DNA from: an uncultured Actinomycetota bacterium
GTDB taxonomy: Bacteria > Actinomycetota > Actinomycetes > Propionibacteriales > Propionibacteriaceae
Reading direction: 5' to 3'
DNA: 64,000 nt
Assembly (NCBI GenBank): GCA_963845915.1
Contig: CAWJUB010000017.1
Coordinates: 6,838 to 70,837 of the forward strand
Part shown: positions 40,069 to 51,565 of the stretch, in pieces
Layout: the number at the start of each line of letters is the position of its first letter
Position numbering within the stretch: the first letter of the stretch is position 1
Notes under the pieces: model-generated
The model's input: only the letters and a program-made list of their open reading frames with translations
Databases searched by the model: none
Told to the model about the DNA's origin: nothing
Translations under genes and position numbers: made by a program

Positions 40069-42065
40069 ATGCCATTTGAGTTCCATGTCGCGACAACCGG
40101 ATCCGACGATGCCGACGGCTCCGAGGACCGTCCGCTCCGGACTATCAATCGGGCTGCGGACCTCGCCCAGCCCGGGGATACCGTCGTCGTCCACGGCGGG
40201 GAGTACCGCGAATGGGTCCAGCCGCGGCGCGGCGGGCTCAGCGAGCTGCGGCGCATCACCTACACCGCGGCCCCCGGCGAGCACGTCGTGATCAAGGGCT
40301 CGGAACAGGTCACGGGATGGGACCGGGTGAGCGGCAACGTCTGGACGGTCGCCGTGCCGAACAGCCTCTTCGGCTCCTTCAACCCGTTCGCCGAAGAGAT
40401 TGACGGCGACTGGATCGTCTACCCCGACAAGTCCGCGCCGAAAAAGCACCTGGGCGATGTCTACCTCAACGGAACCAGCTTCTACGAGGTCCTGACCCTT
40501 CCGGAGGTGTCGGATCCGCCGCTGCGCACCGAGGTGATAGACGACTGGACCGGAACAGTCGACCGGATCCGCGATCCCGAGCAGACGCGACTCGTCTGGT
40601 ACGCCGAAGTCGGTGATGAGCAGACCACGATCTGGGCCAACTTCCAGGGCGCGAATCCGAACGAGGAGCTCGTCGAGATCAACGTACGGCGCTCCGTCTT
40701 CTACCCGGTCGAGCACCACCTCAACTACATCACCGTTCGCGGGTTTGAACTCGCCCAGGCCGCCAGCCCGTGGGCCCCGCCGACGGCCGACCAGCCCGGC
40801 CTGATCGGGCCGAACTGGGCCAAGGGCTGGATCATCGAGGACAACGTCATCCACGATGCGAAGTGCTCGGCCGTCTCGATCGGCAAGGAGATCTCCACGG
40901 GCCACAACTACGCGACGCTGCGACTTGACAAGCCGGGCTACCAGTACCAGCTCGAGTCGGTGTTCGCCGCCCGGCAGATCGGTTGGGACCGTGAGCACGT
41001 CGGATCCCACATCGTGCGCCGCAACACCATCTACGACTGCGGCCAGAACGGCATCGTCGGCCACCTCGGCTGCGTGTTCTCCACGATCGAGGACAACCAC
41101 ATCTACAACATCGCCCTCAAACGGGAGTTCTACGGATACGAGATCGCTGGCATCAAGCTCCACGCCGCCATCGACGTGATCATCCGCCACAACCGCATCC
41201 ACGACTGCTCACTAGGAATCTGGCTGGACTGGCAGACGCAAGGCACCCGGGTGTCGCGGAACCTCTTCTACCACAACAAGCGCGACCTCTTTGTGGAGGT
41301 GAGTCACGGACCCTATCTGGTCGAGCACAACATCCTCGCGTCCCCGGCCTCGCTGGAGATATTCAGCCAAGGCGGCGCGTTCGTCAACAACCTCGTTTGC
41401 GGGACAGTCTCCCTCGAACCCGTCCTCGAGCGACCCACCCCCTACCACGTACCGCATAGCACCCAGGTAGCCGGCTACGCCGCCATCCACGGCGGCGACG
41501 ACCGCCACATCGGCAACATCTTTCTGGGCGGCGACGCCACCCTGGCCTACGGAGCGTCGGCACGATCAGGTAGTTTCCCCAACCGGGTCGAGGGAGCCGA
41601 GCACGGCACCGTTGGCTACAACGGACACCCGGCATCGATGGAGGACTACCTCGCCCTGGTAGGTGACCCCACTCGTGGCGACCACCAACGATTTCATGGG
41701 CGTGAAGCAGCCGGTCCATATTCGCGACAACGTTTACGCCGGTGGAGCTAAGCCGTTCGAGGCCGAGAAGGGGGCAACCGTTCTCACCGGCACCGATGTG
41801 GTCGCGACGGTCGTCGACGAAGGCGCCGAGGTCTACCTGGAGTCCCGCCTGCCGGCCGAATTCGACAACGTCCGCCTCGGCATCATCACCGGATCCGATC
41901 TTGAACGCGTCCGGTTCGTCGATGCCGAGTTCGAGGAACGCGACGGCAGCCCGGCCGTCGCTGGCCACCGACCTGGTCGGCGTCGAGAAGACCAGTCACG
42001 ACTCCTACCCGGCCGGACCGATCACCGCGCTCGCATCGGGCGTGACACGCACCCGTCTGTGGTAG
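40069..42065 (+). pseudogene. Right-handed parallel beta-helix repeat protein (DUF1565-type N-terminus), two frameshifts
   Basis: MPFEFHVATTGSDDADGSEDRPLRTINRAADLAQPGDTVVVHGGEY is followed by repeated ...N.I.D... beta-helix turns. Breaks lie near 41660 (..YLALVG/PLVATTNDFMG..) and 41960 (..GSPAV/LATDLVGVEK..RTRLW*). Confidence 0.65.
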
Positions 42066-42189
42066 GCGAACAAGGCCCAACACTCCATAGCGGTCCATAG
42101 CTTGAGCGTCGAAGAGGATTTCGTGGGCCATCCAGATCTTTGGGAAACCTGGTCGGCAACCTGCACGTCGGACTACGGCGCTCAGGAGA

Positions 42190-43108
42190 GCGGTGGAGCA
42201 CCGGAGAGCAGTCCGCCAGAGAGGAGGTGGCCAGCAGTGTGGGCACATTGACCGTGGCCCAGCGGCTGTTGAACGGCGGCTGGACCGTGCTGGGCGTCAG
42301 CGGCCAGCCGGGACCGACCGGCGAGAGGTTCCGCTGGATCGAAGCCGACCGCGGCCGTCGACGACCCCGTGACCCCGGTGGCCGAGAGCCGTCTCGACGT
42401 CCTCCTGCCGGGCGCGGTGCCCATCGACCTGCTGACGGGCAGTGCTGCTCGGTCGGACGACCTACTCGTCTTCGACGCGGCCACTGTCGACGATCTCGCA
42501 CGGATTGCGGCGGTACTTGACCGACTGGGCCGCCCGGCTGTCGCCGTAGGCTCGGCCGGCTTGGCGAAGGCGGTAGCCGCGCGGTGGGGCGGAAGCCACC
42601 CGGCACCCCGCCCTGCGCCGGCAAGCCGGCTGCTAGTGACGGTGAGCTCGCTTCACCCTACAGCGCTCCTCCCGCTAGCGCGGCTCCGCGATTACCTTTC
42701 CCGATGCGAAGATCACGACACACAGATCCTCACCGGCCCGCCAGAGCGTTCCGACGCCGCCCACGCCACCGATATCGCCACCCAGCTCGCCGCCGACGTT
42801 GCCGACCAGCTGCAGAGGAGGCGTATGACGGGCTCGTTCTGGTCGGCGGTGACGGAGCTGCTGCGGTTCTCGACCAGCTCCAGGTCGAGTCCGTCCGGAT
42901 CTACTCCGCGGTCGTGCCCGGAGCCCCGGACGGGCGGGTCGTCGGCGGGACTGCCTACGGGCTTCGTCTCATCACCAAGTCCGGTGGCTTCGGGGGCCCG
43001 GACACCTTGACCACTATTGTCCAGCGGTTGCGGAGCGCCCACCTGGCGTCCGAAGCCGCTTGCGCCCAGCCGGTCTCCGCCTGCCCCAACCCGAAGGAAG
43101 ACTCATGA
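42190..43108 (+). pseudogene. DUF1537 four-carbon acid-sugar kinase, degraded N-terminus and at least 2 frameshifts
   Basis: The C-terminal half is recognisable across frames: ..LLVFDAATVDDLARIAAVL..AVGSAGLAKAVA..LLVTVSSLHP.. then ..YDGLVLVGGDGAAAVLDQLQVESVRIYSAVVPGAPDG..LITKSGGFGGPDTL. The ADDFTGA N-terminus is not recognisable here. Confidence 0.6.
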
Positions 43109-44265
43109 CCATCCGAAATCACCAGCCGACCCTCGCGCTTACACTAGGCGACGTCGCAGGCATTGGACCGGAGATCACAGCGAAGACCCTCCTGCTGCAC
43201 CCCGAGCTGCGCAAGATCTGCATACCGGTGGTGATCGGCGACGCGGACTCTGTCCGGCTTGGAGCGTCACGGGTCGGGCTCGACCCCGACGCAGTCCAGT
43301 TGATCTCCGATCCGCAATCTGCGTTGAACGACCCGAACACCATCGAGGTCATCCAGACCGGCGACTCCTTTGGCGACGTGCCTCTAGGCGAACTCAGCCC
43401 CCGAGCAGGCTACGGTGCCTACCGGTTCGTGGTGGAGGCGTGCCGCCTCGCGCGGGAGGGACGAGTCGACGGCATCGTCACCGCCCCGCTCAACAAGCAG
43501 CCATGCAGGCGGGCGGGCACAAGCCCAGAGCTGGAGCTGCCAGGAGAGTTCTGCCGGGTAGAACTGGCGGACGCGGGCAAGGTCTACGATGCGCTCTTCC
43601 AGTTCCGCCCCGAAGGCATCTGTCATCTGGCGGCGAACCCCGCCCCGAGCGGGCAGGCGCAGATCGACGTCTTTGACAACAACGTGCTGAGCGCTCACAA
43701 CCTGATGCAGGCGGCGGGCGATCTCGGGGTTCCACGGGTCGTTTACGCCTCGAGTGAGATGGCGACCGGCCTGCTGACCGAGGGCAAAGCTCCCACACAG
43801 ATCCCGTTCGATGAGACCGAGTGGCATCCGTCCCCGAATGCGTACGCCCTGAGCAAGTACATCAGCGAAGTGATCGCGGACTCGGTCGCGGTCCGCTACC
43901 CGCAGACGGCCTGGGTAGGGCTGCGCATTAATAATGTCATCGCTCCCGACGGCTACGACCGGTTCCAGGACGAGTGGGACGACCCTAGCCTCAGCAAGGC
44001 AAACTTCTGGAGCTACATCGACGCCCGCGACGTCGGCTCTGCCTACCGCGCGGCGCTGGAAGGGACGAGCAGCGGCCACGAGGTGTGCCTGATCGCGGCA
44101 GCCGATACCCGGGCGAAGCGGGGACTGCGCGAGCTGATGGCTGAGTACTACGACGGCTACGACCGCTTCGCGAGCGATTACGAGGATCCGAGGTCGGCCT
44201 TCGACTGCGCCAAGATGAAGGCGCTGTTCGGCTGGACCCCGAGTTACAGCTGGCGCGACCACTGA
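43105..44265 (+). pseudogene. Chimeric ORF: PdxA-family (PdxA2-like) N-terminal ~135 aa fused to the C-terminal ~240 aa of an NAD-dependent epimerase/dehydratase
   Basis: The PdxA-type part reads MTIRNHQPTLALTLGDVAGIGPEI...RVDGIVTAPLNKQ. From about 43540 the ORF reads ..RVELADAGKVYDALFQFRPEGICHLAANP...VVYASSEMATG...YALSKY..., an SDR-epimerase lacking its GxxGxxG Rossmann start. Confidence 0.65.
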
Positions 44266-44482
44266 GCCGCGGCCCACTGCGCCGCGCAGGACGACACGCT
44301 GCTTTCCCAACCCGGAGCACAGACTGGCTCGTCAACGCTACCCCGCTGTGCACATCGGCGTACCGGGCTGGAGCGCGGGCTGGAGCCCGTCGCGGGTAAC
44401 ACGAGCGCGGCGTCGACCGCTCCTCGCCTGTCGCCGTCGCCGGTAAGGACGTTAGGAATGGGTCGAGAAGTAGGCTGAGTTC

Positions 44483-45559
44483 ATGTCCGCCGAGATGACA
44501 TCGGGCGAACCGGCAACTCGGGCGACCCTTGCCGAGGTCGCCGCGCTCGCCGATGTCTCCATCTCAACGGTCTCCAAGGTGCTCAACGGCCGCGGCGGCG
44601 TCTCCGAAGAAACCCGTGCTCGTATTGAAGCGCTCCTTCAGGACCACCAGTACAACAGGCGCAGCCCAGGCCCAAATCATGCTCCGCTGATCGAGGTGCT
44701 GTGCTTTGAGATCGCCAGCTCATGGGCTGCCGAGGCAATCGCGGGGATCGAACGGCTGGCTCGTGAGCACGGCGTGGGCATGGTGGTATCGGGGACAAAC
44801 GACCGCCAGAAGCCGGACCTGGACTGGATCGAGGGGGTTCTGAACCGCCGCCCTCTCGGGGTCATCCTGGTCGCCTGCAATCTTCTTGATGCCCAGCAAC
44901 GGCAGCTTCGCTCACGCAGCATTCCCTTTGTCATGCTGGATCCCACCGAGCAACCGGCTTCCGACGTACCGTCAATCGGCTCCGCGGATTGGAGCGGCGC
45001 GTACGCCGCTACGCGGCACCTGATCGAGCTCGGTCATCGCGAGATCGCAATCATCACCGGTCCGGAGGACATGATGGCCGCGACAGCCCGGCTGTCCGGT
45101 TTCCGAGCCGCCCTGGAGGCCGCGCGCATCCCGCTCGACCCGAAATACGTGCGGCGTGGCGAGTTCCACCACAGCGACGGGCTCACCGAGGGGCGCGCGC
45201 TCCTCTCCATGCCCTTGCCGCCGACGGCGATCTTCGCCTCCTCCGACGTCCAAGCACTCGGCGTGTACGAGGCAGCACGCGCGCTCGGGGTGGCAATCCC
45301 CTCGGAGCTGTCGGTGGTCGGATTCGACGACCTCAAGATCGCCCGATGGGCAGGACCGGCGCTGACCACGATCCGCGTCCCCATTGCTGAGATGGCCGAG
45401 CAGGCCGTGCAGGTCGTGCTCAACCTTGCCCAGGAGCGGGCGCCTGCTTTCTCCCGGATCGATATGGCGACGACGCTCGTGGTGCGGGACAGTACCGATG
45501 TTCCGCCCGCTCGGCCCGCGAAAGTTTCGTTCACACAGTTGAAACTTGACGCGATCTAG
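44483..45559 (+). CDS. LacI-family transcriptional regulator
   Basis: 358 aa with the HTH TLAEVAALADVSISTVSKVLNGRGGVSEETRARI. It is uninterrupted. Confidence 0.9.
   Translation: MSAEMTSGEPATRATLAEVAALADVSISTVSKVLNGRGGVSEETRARIEALLQDHQYNRRSPGPNHAPLIEVLCFEIASSWAAEAIAGIERLAREHGVGMVVSGTNDRQKPDLDWIEGVLNRRPLGVILVACNLLDAQQRQLRSRSIPFVMLDPTEQPASDVPSIGSADWSGAYAATRHLIELGHREIAIITGPEDMMAATARLSGFRAALEAARIPLDPKYVRRGEFHHSDGLTEGRALLSMPLPPTAIFASSDVQALGVYEAARALGVAIPSELSVVGFDDLKIARWAGPALTTIRVPIAEMAEQAVQVVLNLAQERAPAFSRIDMATTLVVRDSTDVPPARPAKVSFTQLKLDAI
45522..45547. promoter_or_regulatory. AAGTTTC-N12-GAAACTT inverted repeat at the 3' end of the lacI gene, upstream of the tautomerase operon
   Basis: It has 7-bp perfect arms and the same half-site as the 35190-35209 palindrome. 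Confidence 0.4.
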
Positions 45560-45785
45560 CCGGACAAGTATCGTTCCGCTTATCGCGGCGAGTTGCGCTT
45601 ATCTGCGACTCGAGGCGGGAGGACAGCGGCGTTTCGTCAGGACAACCCACGGGTAAACCTCTGACACGGCGACGCCATCCGCATAGGCGACCTTGGGCTG
45701 GTGCCAGCCCCTACGAAGCATCTGTGTGCTCAGGCGTACGCGGATCAAAGAGGAACCACCCCGTCGCCCTACCCGAAGGAGCACC

Positions 45786-46144
45786 GTGCCGCTGATCCAG
45801 ATCGACCTCGACCGTGAGCTCTTCGACTCACTCGGCGACAAGCTGAGCGACGCAGTCCACCAGGCGCAACTCGACGCACTGGGCATCCCGTCCGACGACC
45901 TGTTCCAGGTCTTCACCCCGCATGGGCCGGGCGAGCTTCGCTTCGACTCCGGATACAACGGGGTCGACCGGCAACGTCTCGTCCTGCTGCGCATCACGAT
46001 GGTGCACATGTATCCGGTGCGACGAAGCAGCGCCTGTACCGCGCCATCGTCGAGCGGTTCGCCGATGCCGGCGTACGCGCCGAGGACATCTTGATCTCCG
46101 TCGTCGAGAACGGCTTCGAGGACTGGTACGCAGGCCGGCTCTGA
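45786..46144 (+). pseudogene. Tautomerase-family protein (4-OT superfamily, ~120 aa), one frameshift
   Basis: A GTG follows GAAGGAG. (M)PLIQIDLDRELFDSLGDKLSDAVHQAQLDALGIPSDDLFQVF...LLRITMVHM continues in another frame as SGATKQRLYRAIVERFADAGVRAEDILISVVENGFEDWYAGRL*. The break is near 46012. Confidence 0.65.
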
Positions 46145-46182
46145 CGAGAAGACCACGCCCGAGAAAAGAGGAACCCCTGGCC

Positions 46183-47251
46183 ATGATGCGACACGACGGC
46201 GCGGCGCTCCGCGTCCTCTATATCGGTGGCACCGGCACGATCAGCACGTCTTGCGTACGCCTCTCCGTGGAGAGCGGGATGTCGGTGTTCGTGCTGAACC
46301 GCGGCAACAACAGCGCGGCTCGGCAGATGCCTGAGGGCGTCATCTGGCTGACCGGCGACGTCACCGACGACGCCTCGCTTCTTGCGGCCATCGGGGACCA
46401 GCGGTTCGACGCCGTGGTCAACTTCTTGTCCTACGACGCCGACGACGTGCGCCGGATGGTTGCGATGTTCGGCTCCCGCACTCGGCAGTACGTGCACATC
46501 AGCTCCGGGTCCATCTACGCCAAGCCCGTGCAGCAGTCACCGATCAGTGAGTCGACGCCCATCGCACCGAACCCGGTCCTCGACTACGCCACCGCCAAGT
46601 GGCGGGCTGAGCTTGCGCTGCAGCAGGCTCTAACCGAGCAGGGCTTCCCGGTCACGATCGTCCGGCCCTCGCATACCTACGACGACGCCAACCCGCCCGT
46701 CCCGGGAGGCTGGACGGTCGTGGACCGGATCGCCAGAGGCGCAGAGATCCCGGTACACGGGGACGGAACGTCGCTATGGACGCTGACGCACGCCGAGGAC
46801 TTCGCCCAGGGCCTTGTCGGCCTGCTCGGCAACCCGAGAAGCATCGGGGAGGTCTTCAACATCACCGGCGAAGACGTCTACACCTGGGACCAGATCTACA
46901 CCATCATCGCCGACGCACTCGGCGTCGAGGCCAAGCTTGTGCACGTGGCCTCCGAGTTGTTCCCAGTGGTGGCACCCGACTGGTTCTGGTCGGGCGAGGT
47001 GCTCGGCGACATCGGCCACTCCGCGGTGTTCGACACCAGCAAGATCCGGCGGTTCGTGCCCGGCTTCAGCGCCAAAGCTGACCTTCCACCGGGCTGCACG
47101 GCGCATGGTCCAGTGGCGGTCGGACCACCCGGACACCACCGGCGCTGACCAGGCGACCGATGCCGTCCTGGACCGCATCGTCGACGCCTACCACGCGGCT
47201 CGGGCGGTCTTCGCCGACCGGGCTCCGCAGCCTGCTGGAATTGGCTCGTGA
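46183..47251 (+). pseudogene. NAD-dependent epimerase/dehydratase (extended SDR), one frameshift near the 3' end
   Basis: An ATG follows AAAAGAGGAA. The motifs YIGGTGTIS (GxxGxxG) and YATAKWRAE (YxxxK) are present. The break near 47076 separates ..PGFSAK from LTFHRAARRMVQWRSDHP... Confidence 0.8.
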
Positions 47252-48208
47252 ACTGGCCCCCCACTCTGTCCCTCGGCGAGCTCGGCGCTACGGGACTGGC
47301 CGTCACGCCGATCTGCTTCGGAACTAGCCCGCTCGCCAGCATGGCGCAGCTGTACGGGTACGCCGTCGAGGAGGAGCGAGCCGTCGCCACCGTTCTGGCC
47401 ATCTTCGAGAGCCCGGTCAACTTCCTCGACACCTCCAACGGCTACGGCGAGAACGGCACGGCCGAGCGCCGGATCGGTGAGGCGATCCGGCGGACCGGCG
47501 GGCTCCCGTCCCAGGTCGTGCTCGCCACCAAGGTCGACCCGGATCCGCGTACCGGCGACTTCTCCGCGGACCGGGTCCGCGTTTCACTCGAGGAGTCGAT
47601 GGAGCGGCTGGGCATCGACAAGATCGCGCTGCTCCACCTGCATGACCCGGAGCGGATGTCCTTCGAGGAGGGAGTGGCTCCCGGTGGGCCGGTGGAGGCG
47701 CTGGTGGACCTTCGGGAGCAGGGCCCGGTAGAACACCTGGGTGTCGCCGGGGGTCCGGTCGGGCTGCTTCAGCAATACCTTGACACCGGCGAGTTCGAGG
47801 TCGTGCTGAGCCACAACCGGTACACCCTGCTCGACCGCTCCGCCGAGCCTCTGTTCCAATCCGCTGCCGACCGCGGACTCGGCGTGCTCAACGCGGCGCC
47901 GTACGGCGGCGGCATGCTGTCGAAGGGTCCGAGCGTGCAGCAGAACTACGCGTACGGATCCCGAGATGATCGGATCCGGGAAGCGGCAGAGGCGATGGAG
48001 GCGGCCTGTCGGCGGTATGGCGTCCCGCTCGCCGCCGCCGCCCTGCAGTTCTCGATGCGGTCGGAGATGATCGACTCGACCGTCGTCGGGGTGTCATCGC
48101 CAGAGCGGATCACTCAAACTCTCGAGCTGGCCGCCGTGAACGATCCCTGACGAACTCTGGCCCGAGCTCGAGCGGCTGACTCCGCCGCAAGAGCTCTGGC
48201 TGTACTGA
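47248..48208 (+). pseudogene. Aldo/keto reductase (aldose 1-dehydrogenase-like), frameshift ~23 codons before the end
   Basis: AKR motifs are present (FLDTSNGYGENGTAERRIG, VLATKV, LLHLHDP). After ..TLELAAV the natural end IPDELWPELERLTPPQELWLY* lies in another frame (break near 48137). Confidence 0.8.
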
Positions 48209-48264
48209 GTGGTGTGAGCGGCTATACCGGGCGGGATGAATTTTCTCTCGGATCGAGGAGTCTC

Positions 48265-49051
48265 ATGAGCGTCAGCCCAACCAAGCAACCGATGTTCGCG
48301 ACGTACCCCAGCCTGCAGGGTCGGGCGGCGTTCGTCAGCGGCGGCGCGTCCGGCCTCGGCGCGGAGTTCGTGAGCCAGCTGGCCGGGCAAGGCGCCCGTA
48401 CCGCGTTCATCGACATCGATACCGACCGTGGCAAAGCGCTCGAGCAGGCGCTTCGAGACGAGGGCGCCGATGCGGTTTTCTCCGAGTGCGACGTGCGGGA
48501 CGTCCCTGGCCTCCAGGCGGCGATCACCCGATCGGCCGAGCAGCTTGGCCCGATCCGCGTGCTGGTCAACAACGCGGCCAACGACCATCGCGACAAGGTC
48601 GCCGAGATGGATCAGAGCGCTGTGGGATGACCGGATCGCCGTCAACGTCCGTCACCACTTCTTCGCCGCCCAGGCGGTCGCAGAGATGATGCGGGATGCC
48701 GGGGGCGGTTCGATCATCAATCTCGGATCGATCAGTGCGCACATCGACCTCATGGATCTTCCGGGCTACATCACGGCCAAAGCGGGTGTGGAGGGTCTGA
48801 CGCGGACCTTGGCGCGCGAGTACGGGCCCTGGCACATCCGGGTGAACTGCATCATCCCGGGCTGGATCATGACTGAGAAGCAACTCACCGAATGGGTGAC
48901 TCCGGAGGCGGAGGAGTCCATCGCACGCAACCAGTGCCTCCCCGACAAGCTTTATCCCGAAGACGTTGCTCGGCTCCTACTCTGGCTAGCGGCGGATGAC
49001 TCCCGCTCCTGCACGGCGCAGCGGTGGATTGTGGACGGAGGCTGGATGTGA
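48265..49051 (+). pseudogene. Short-chain dehydrogenase/reductase, one frameshift
   Basis: An ATG follows GAGGAG. The motifs VSGGASGLGAEF, NNAAND and YITAKAG are present. The break near 48615 separates ..KVAEMDQS from LWDDRIAVNVRHHFF... Confidence 0.8.
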
Positions 49052-49910
49052 GCAGCAGGGCGGAGCGATTCACTGTCCCCTGTACCTTCCACGGCGAGGG
49101 GCCGTTCTGGGATTCGGTGAACAACCGGCTGCTGCTGGTCGACATGCTTGCCGGCACTGTCGTGGCAGTTGGTACAGACGGCGACACCCGAGCGACACAA
49201 GCTCGCAACAGCAACAGTTGCCGCTGCAATTAGGGCCCGACGGGGCGGCGGCTACGTGCTCGCCACGGAGAACCAATTCGTGCTGCTCGGCCCCGATCTG
49301 ACCAGCAGACAGCGCTGCCTCCGGTCTTCACCGACCCGCTTATCCGGATGAACGACGGCGGCTGCGATCCCCAAGGGCGCTTCTACTGCGGAACCATGGC
49401 GTACGCCGAGACCCCTGGAGCCGGGACCTTGTACCGCCTCGATCCCGATGGCAGCGTCCAGGTGACGCTTCGTGAGGTGACTATCTCCAACGGACTGCAG
49501 TGGAACCGGGCGGGCGACACCGTGTTCTACGCGGACACGCCTACCGCCCGGGTCGATAGCTTCGACTTCGACCCGGCGTCAGGTGCTTTCACCGACCGCC
49601 GGACCTTCACCGAGATATCGGGCGGCGGATATCCGGACGGCATGGCCATCGACGACGAGGACGGCATCTGGGTCGCCCTCTGGGGTGGCAGCGCCGTGCA
49701 CCGCTACGACAGCACTGGCCGGCTCGACCTTGTGTCGACCTGCCCGTGTCCAACGTGACGGCTTGCGCGTTCGGCGGACCTGACCTGAGGACGCTGTTCA
49801 TCACTACGTCCCGACAAGGCCTGGACACGGACGATCAGCCGGATGCCGGCGCCGTTTTTCGCTATGACGCGAGCGTTCGGGGCGCCCCGCAACACGCGTT
49901 CGCCGGCTGA
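49048..49910 (+). pseudogene. SMP-30/gluconolactonase-family lactonase, three frameshifts
   Basis: The pieces are VSSRAERFTVPCTFHGEGPFWD.. / ..GGGYVLATENQFVLLGPD.. / ..MNDGGCDPQGRFYCGTM..ISNGLQWN..YPDGMAIDDEDGIWVALWGG.. / ..VTACAFGGPDLRTLFITT..*. Breaks lie near 49190, 49310 and 49733. It is a paralogue of 7449..8465. Confidence 0.75.
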
Positions 49911-49917
49911 GGCTGGC

Positions 49918-51405
49918 TCATGACACCTGCTGCAGCACTCCGTCCACCCGCCTCGGCAGCCGCCACGGGTTGTGCTCTTTCAGCGCTGGCGGCAGTACGT
50001 CATCCGGCGCGCCCTGGTAGGTAACCGGCCGCAGGAACCGATCGATCGCTGCGGTGCCCACCGAGGTCGTCTGCACCGACGTAGTTGCTGGATACGGCCC
50101 GCCGTGATGCTGAGCATAGGTCACCGAGACACCAGTCGGCCAGCCATTCCACACCACCCGACCGACGCGCTCGCTGAGCACATCCAGCAGCGCGGAGGTA
50201 ACGGGTTCCTGGCCGGAGGAATGGATGGTCGCAGTGAGCTGTCCCTCGAACACTCGTGCGGCGGCCAGCAGCTCATCCTCTGATCTGTAGGACACCACGA
50301 GCGCCGCCGGACCGAAGCACTCCTGTGTCAACGCCTCAGAGTCCGCCAACAGGTCTGAGACCGTCGTCGCGAGGATTGTGGGCGCCGGATCGCCCTCCGG
50401 GTTGGCCTGCCCGGCGATCACCCGCACGCCGGGTCGCTGCGCCAACTGCGCGAGTGCCTCGGCATAGCCTGACCGAATGTGTTCGCTCAGCATCGGCGCC
50501 GCCGGTCGTTCGCCGGCAAGGGCCGCGACCCGGCCTTCAAGACCAGCGCCTGCCGGAACGAACAGCAGCCCGGGCTTGGTGCAGAACTGGCCGTTTCCGA
50601 GTGACATGGAGGCGACGAAGCCGGACGCCACGTCATCAGCCCGGTGCGCACCGGCATCCGGCGTCACGAAGGCCGGGTTAACGCTGCCGAGTTCGCCGTA
50701 GAACGGAATGGGTTCCGGCCGGGATACGGCGAGGTCGAAGAGGGCCCGGCCCCCGCGGAGCGAGCCGGTGAAGGAAGCGGCACGGATCCGCGGGTCCTTG
50801 ACCAGAGCGATCCCGGTCTCGAAGCCCCTGACCACAGCGAAGATCCCGTCCGGTGCCCCGGCCTCAGCCAGCGCATCGGACACGTGCGCCCCGGTCACCC
50901 AGGACAGCTCCGGGTGGCTGGGGTTCGCCTTCAGCAGCACCGGGCAGCCAGCAGCCAGGGCCGAGGCGGTGTCGCCACCGGCCACGCTGAAGGCGAACGG
51001 AAAGTTGCTCGCTGCATACACCGCAACCGGTCCGATGGGCCGCAGCATCCGCCGCAGGTCGGGCCGGGCGCCCATGGGCCACGCAGGATCGGCGTGGTCG
51101 ATGGTCGCCTGCAAGAACGAGCCGTCGCGGAGAATCTCCGCAAAGAGTTGAAGCTGGAACGTGGTGCGCTTCAGCTCTCCCTGCAATCGGTCTAGGCCGA
51201 GATGGGTCTCCTGCGCGGCGAGTGGTACGAGCTCCTCCGCCGCGGCGTCAAGCCGGGTCGCCAGGTGCTCCAGCCAGCTTGCCCGGTCTGAGGGGCGAGA
51301 ATCCACGAGCCCGCGAGCGGCTTCCGCGGCGGCACCGACCAGTTCGTCGAGCTCTTCCGGTGGTGTGTCGCCCAGTCCCTGGCTTTCTTGCTCGTCCACA
51401 GTCAT
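49918..51405 (-). CDS. NAD(P)-dependent aldehyde dehydrogenase (alpha-ketoglutarate-semialdehyde/lactaldehyde dehydrogenase-like)
   Basis: 495 aa, intact. It has FTGSLRGGRAL, ELGSVNP and the catalytic-Cys region NGQFCTKPG. Confidence 0.8.
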   Translation of the reverse strand: MTVDEQESQGLGDTPPEELDELVGAAAEAARGLVDSRPSDRASWLEHLATRLDAAAEELVPLAAQETHLGLDRLQGELKRTTFQLQLFAEILRDGSFLQATIDHADPAWPMGARPDLRRMLRPIGPVAVYAASNFPFAFSVAGGDTASALAAGCPVLLKANPSHPELSWVTGAHVSDALAEAGAPDGIFAVVRGFETGIALVKDPRIRAASFTGSLRGGRALFDLAVSRPEPIPFYGELGSVNPAFVTPDAGAHRADDVASGFVASMSLGNGQFCTKPGLLFVPAGAGLEGRVAALAGERPAAPMLSEHIRSGYAEALAQLAQRPGVRVIAGQANPEGDPAPTILATTVSDLLADSEALTQECFGPAALVVSYRSEDELLAAARVFEGQLTATIHSSGQEPVTSALLDVLSERVGRVVWNGWPTGVSVTYAQHHGGPYPATTSVQTTSVGTAAIDRFLRPVTYQGAPDDVLPPALKEHNPWRLPRRVDGVLQQVS

Positions 51406-51565
51406 CCTTATTCCTGGTCGAGATCCCGGCCGACGAGGAGCAATATCCGCCGCATCGGGGCACGGTGGATGTAATGGTTGAGATCATTCCCGGCGTACCA
51501 CTCGTTGCTATGCAACATCCTTGTCAGCATGCTCTCCGATTGCCCACTTGCTGGGACCCGGCCCC

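Noticed and set aside
40039-41202. A 387-aa minus-strand ORF.
   Set aside because: It is antisense to the beta-helix protein gene, with a repetitive D/V/G/L/R composition and no recognisable domain.
22322-49910. Programmed ribosomal frameshifting as the explanation for the many split genes.
   Set aside because: There are far too many sites, in unrelated housekeeping-type enzymes, with shifts in both directions. I saw no common slippery heptamer or downstream structure.
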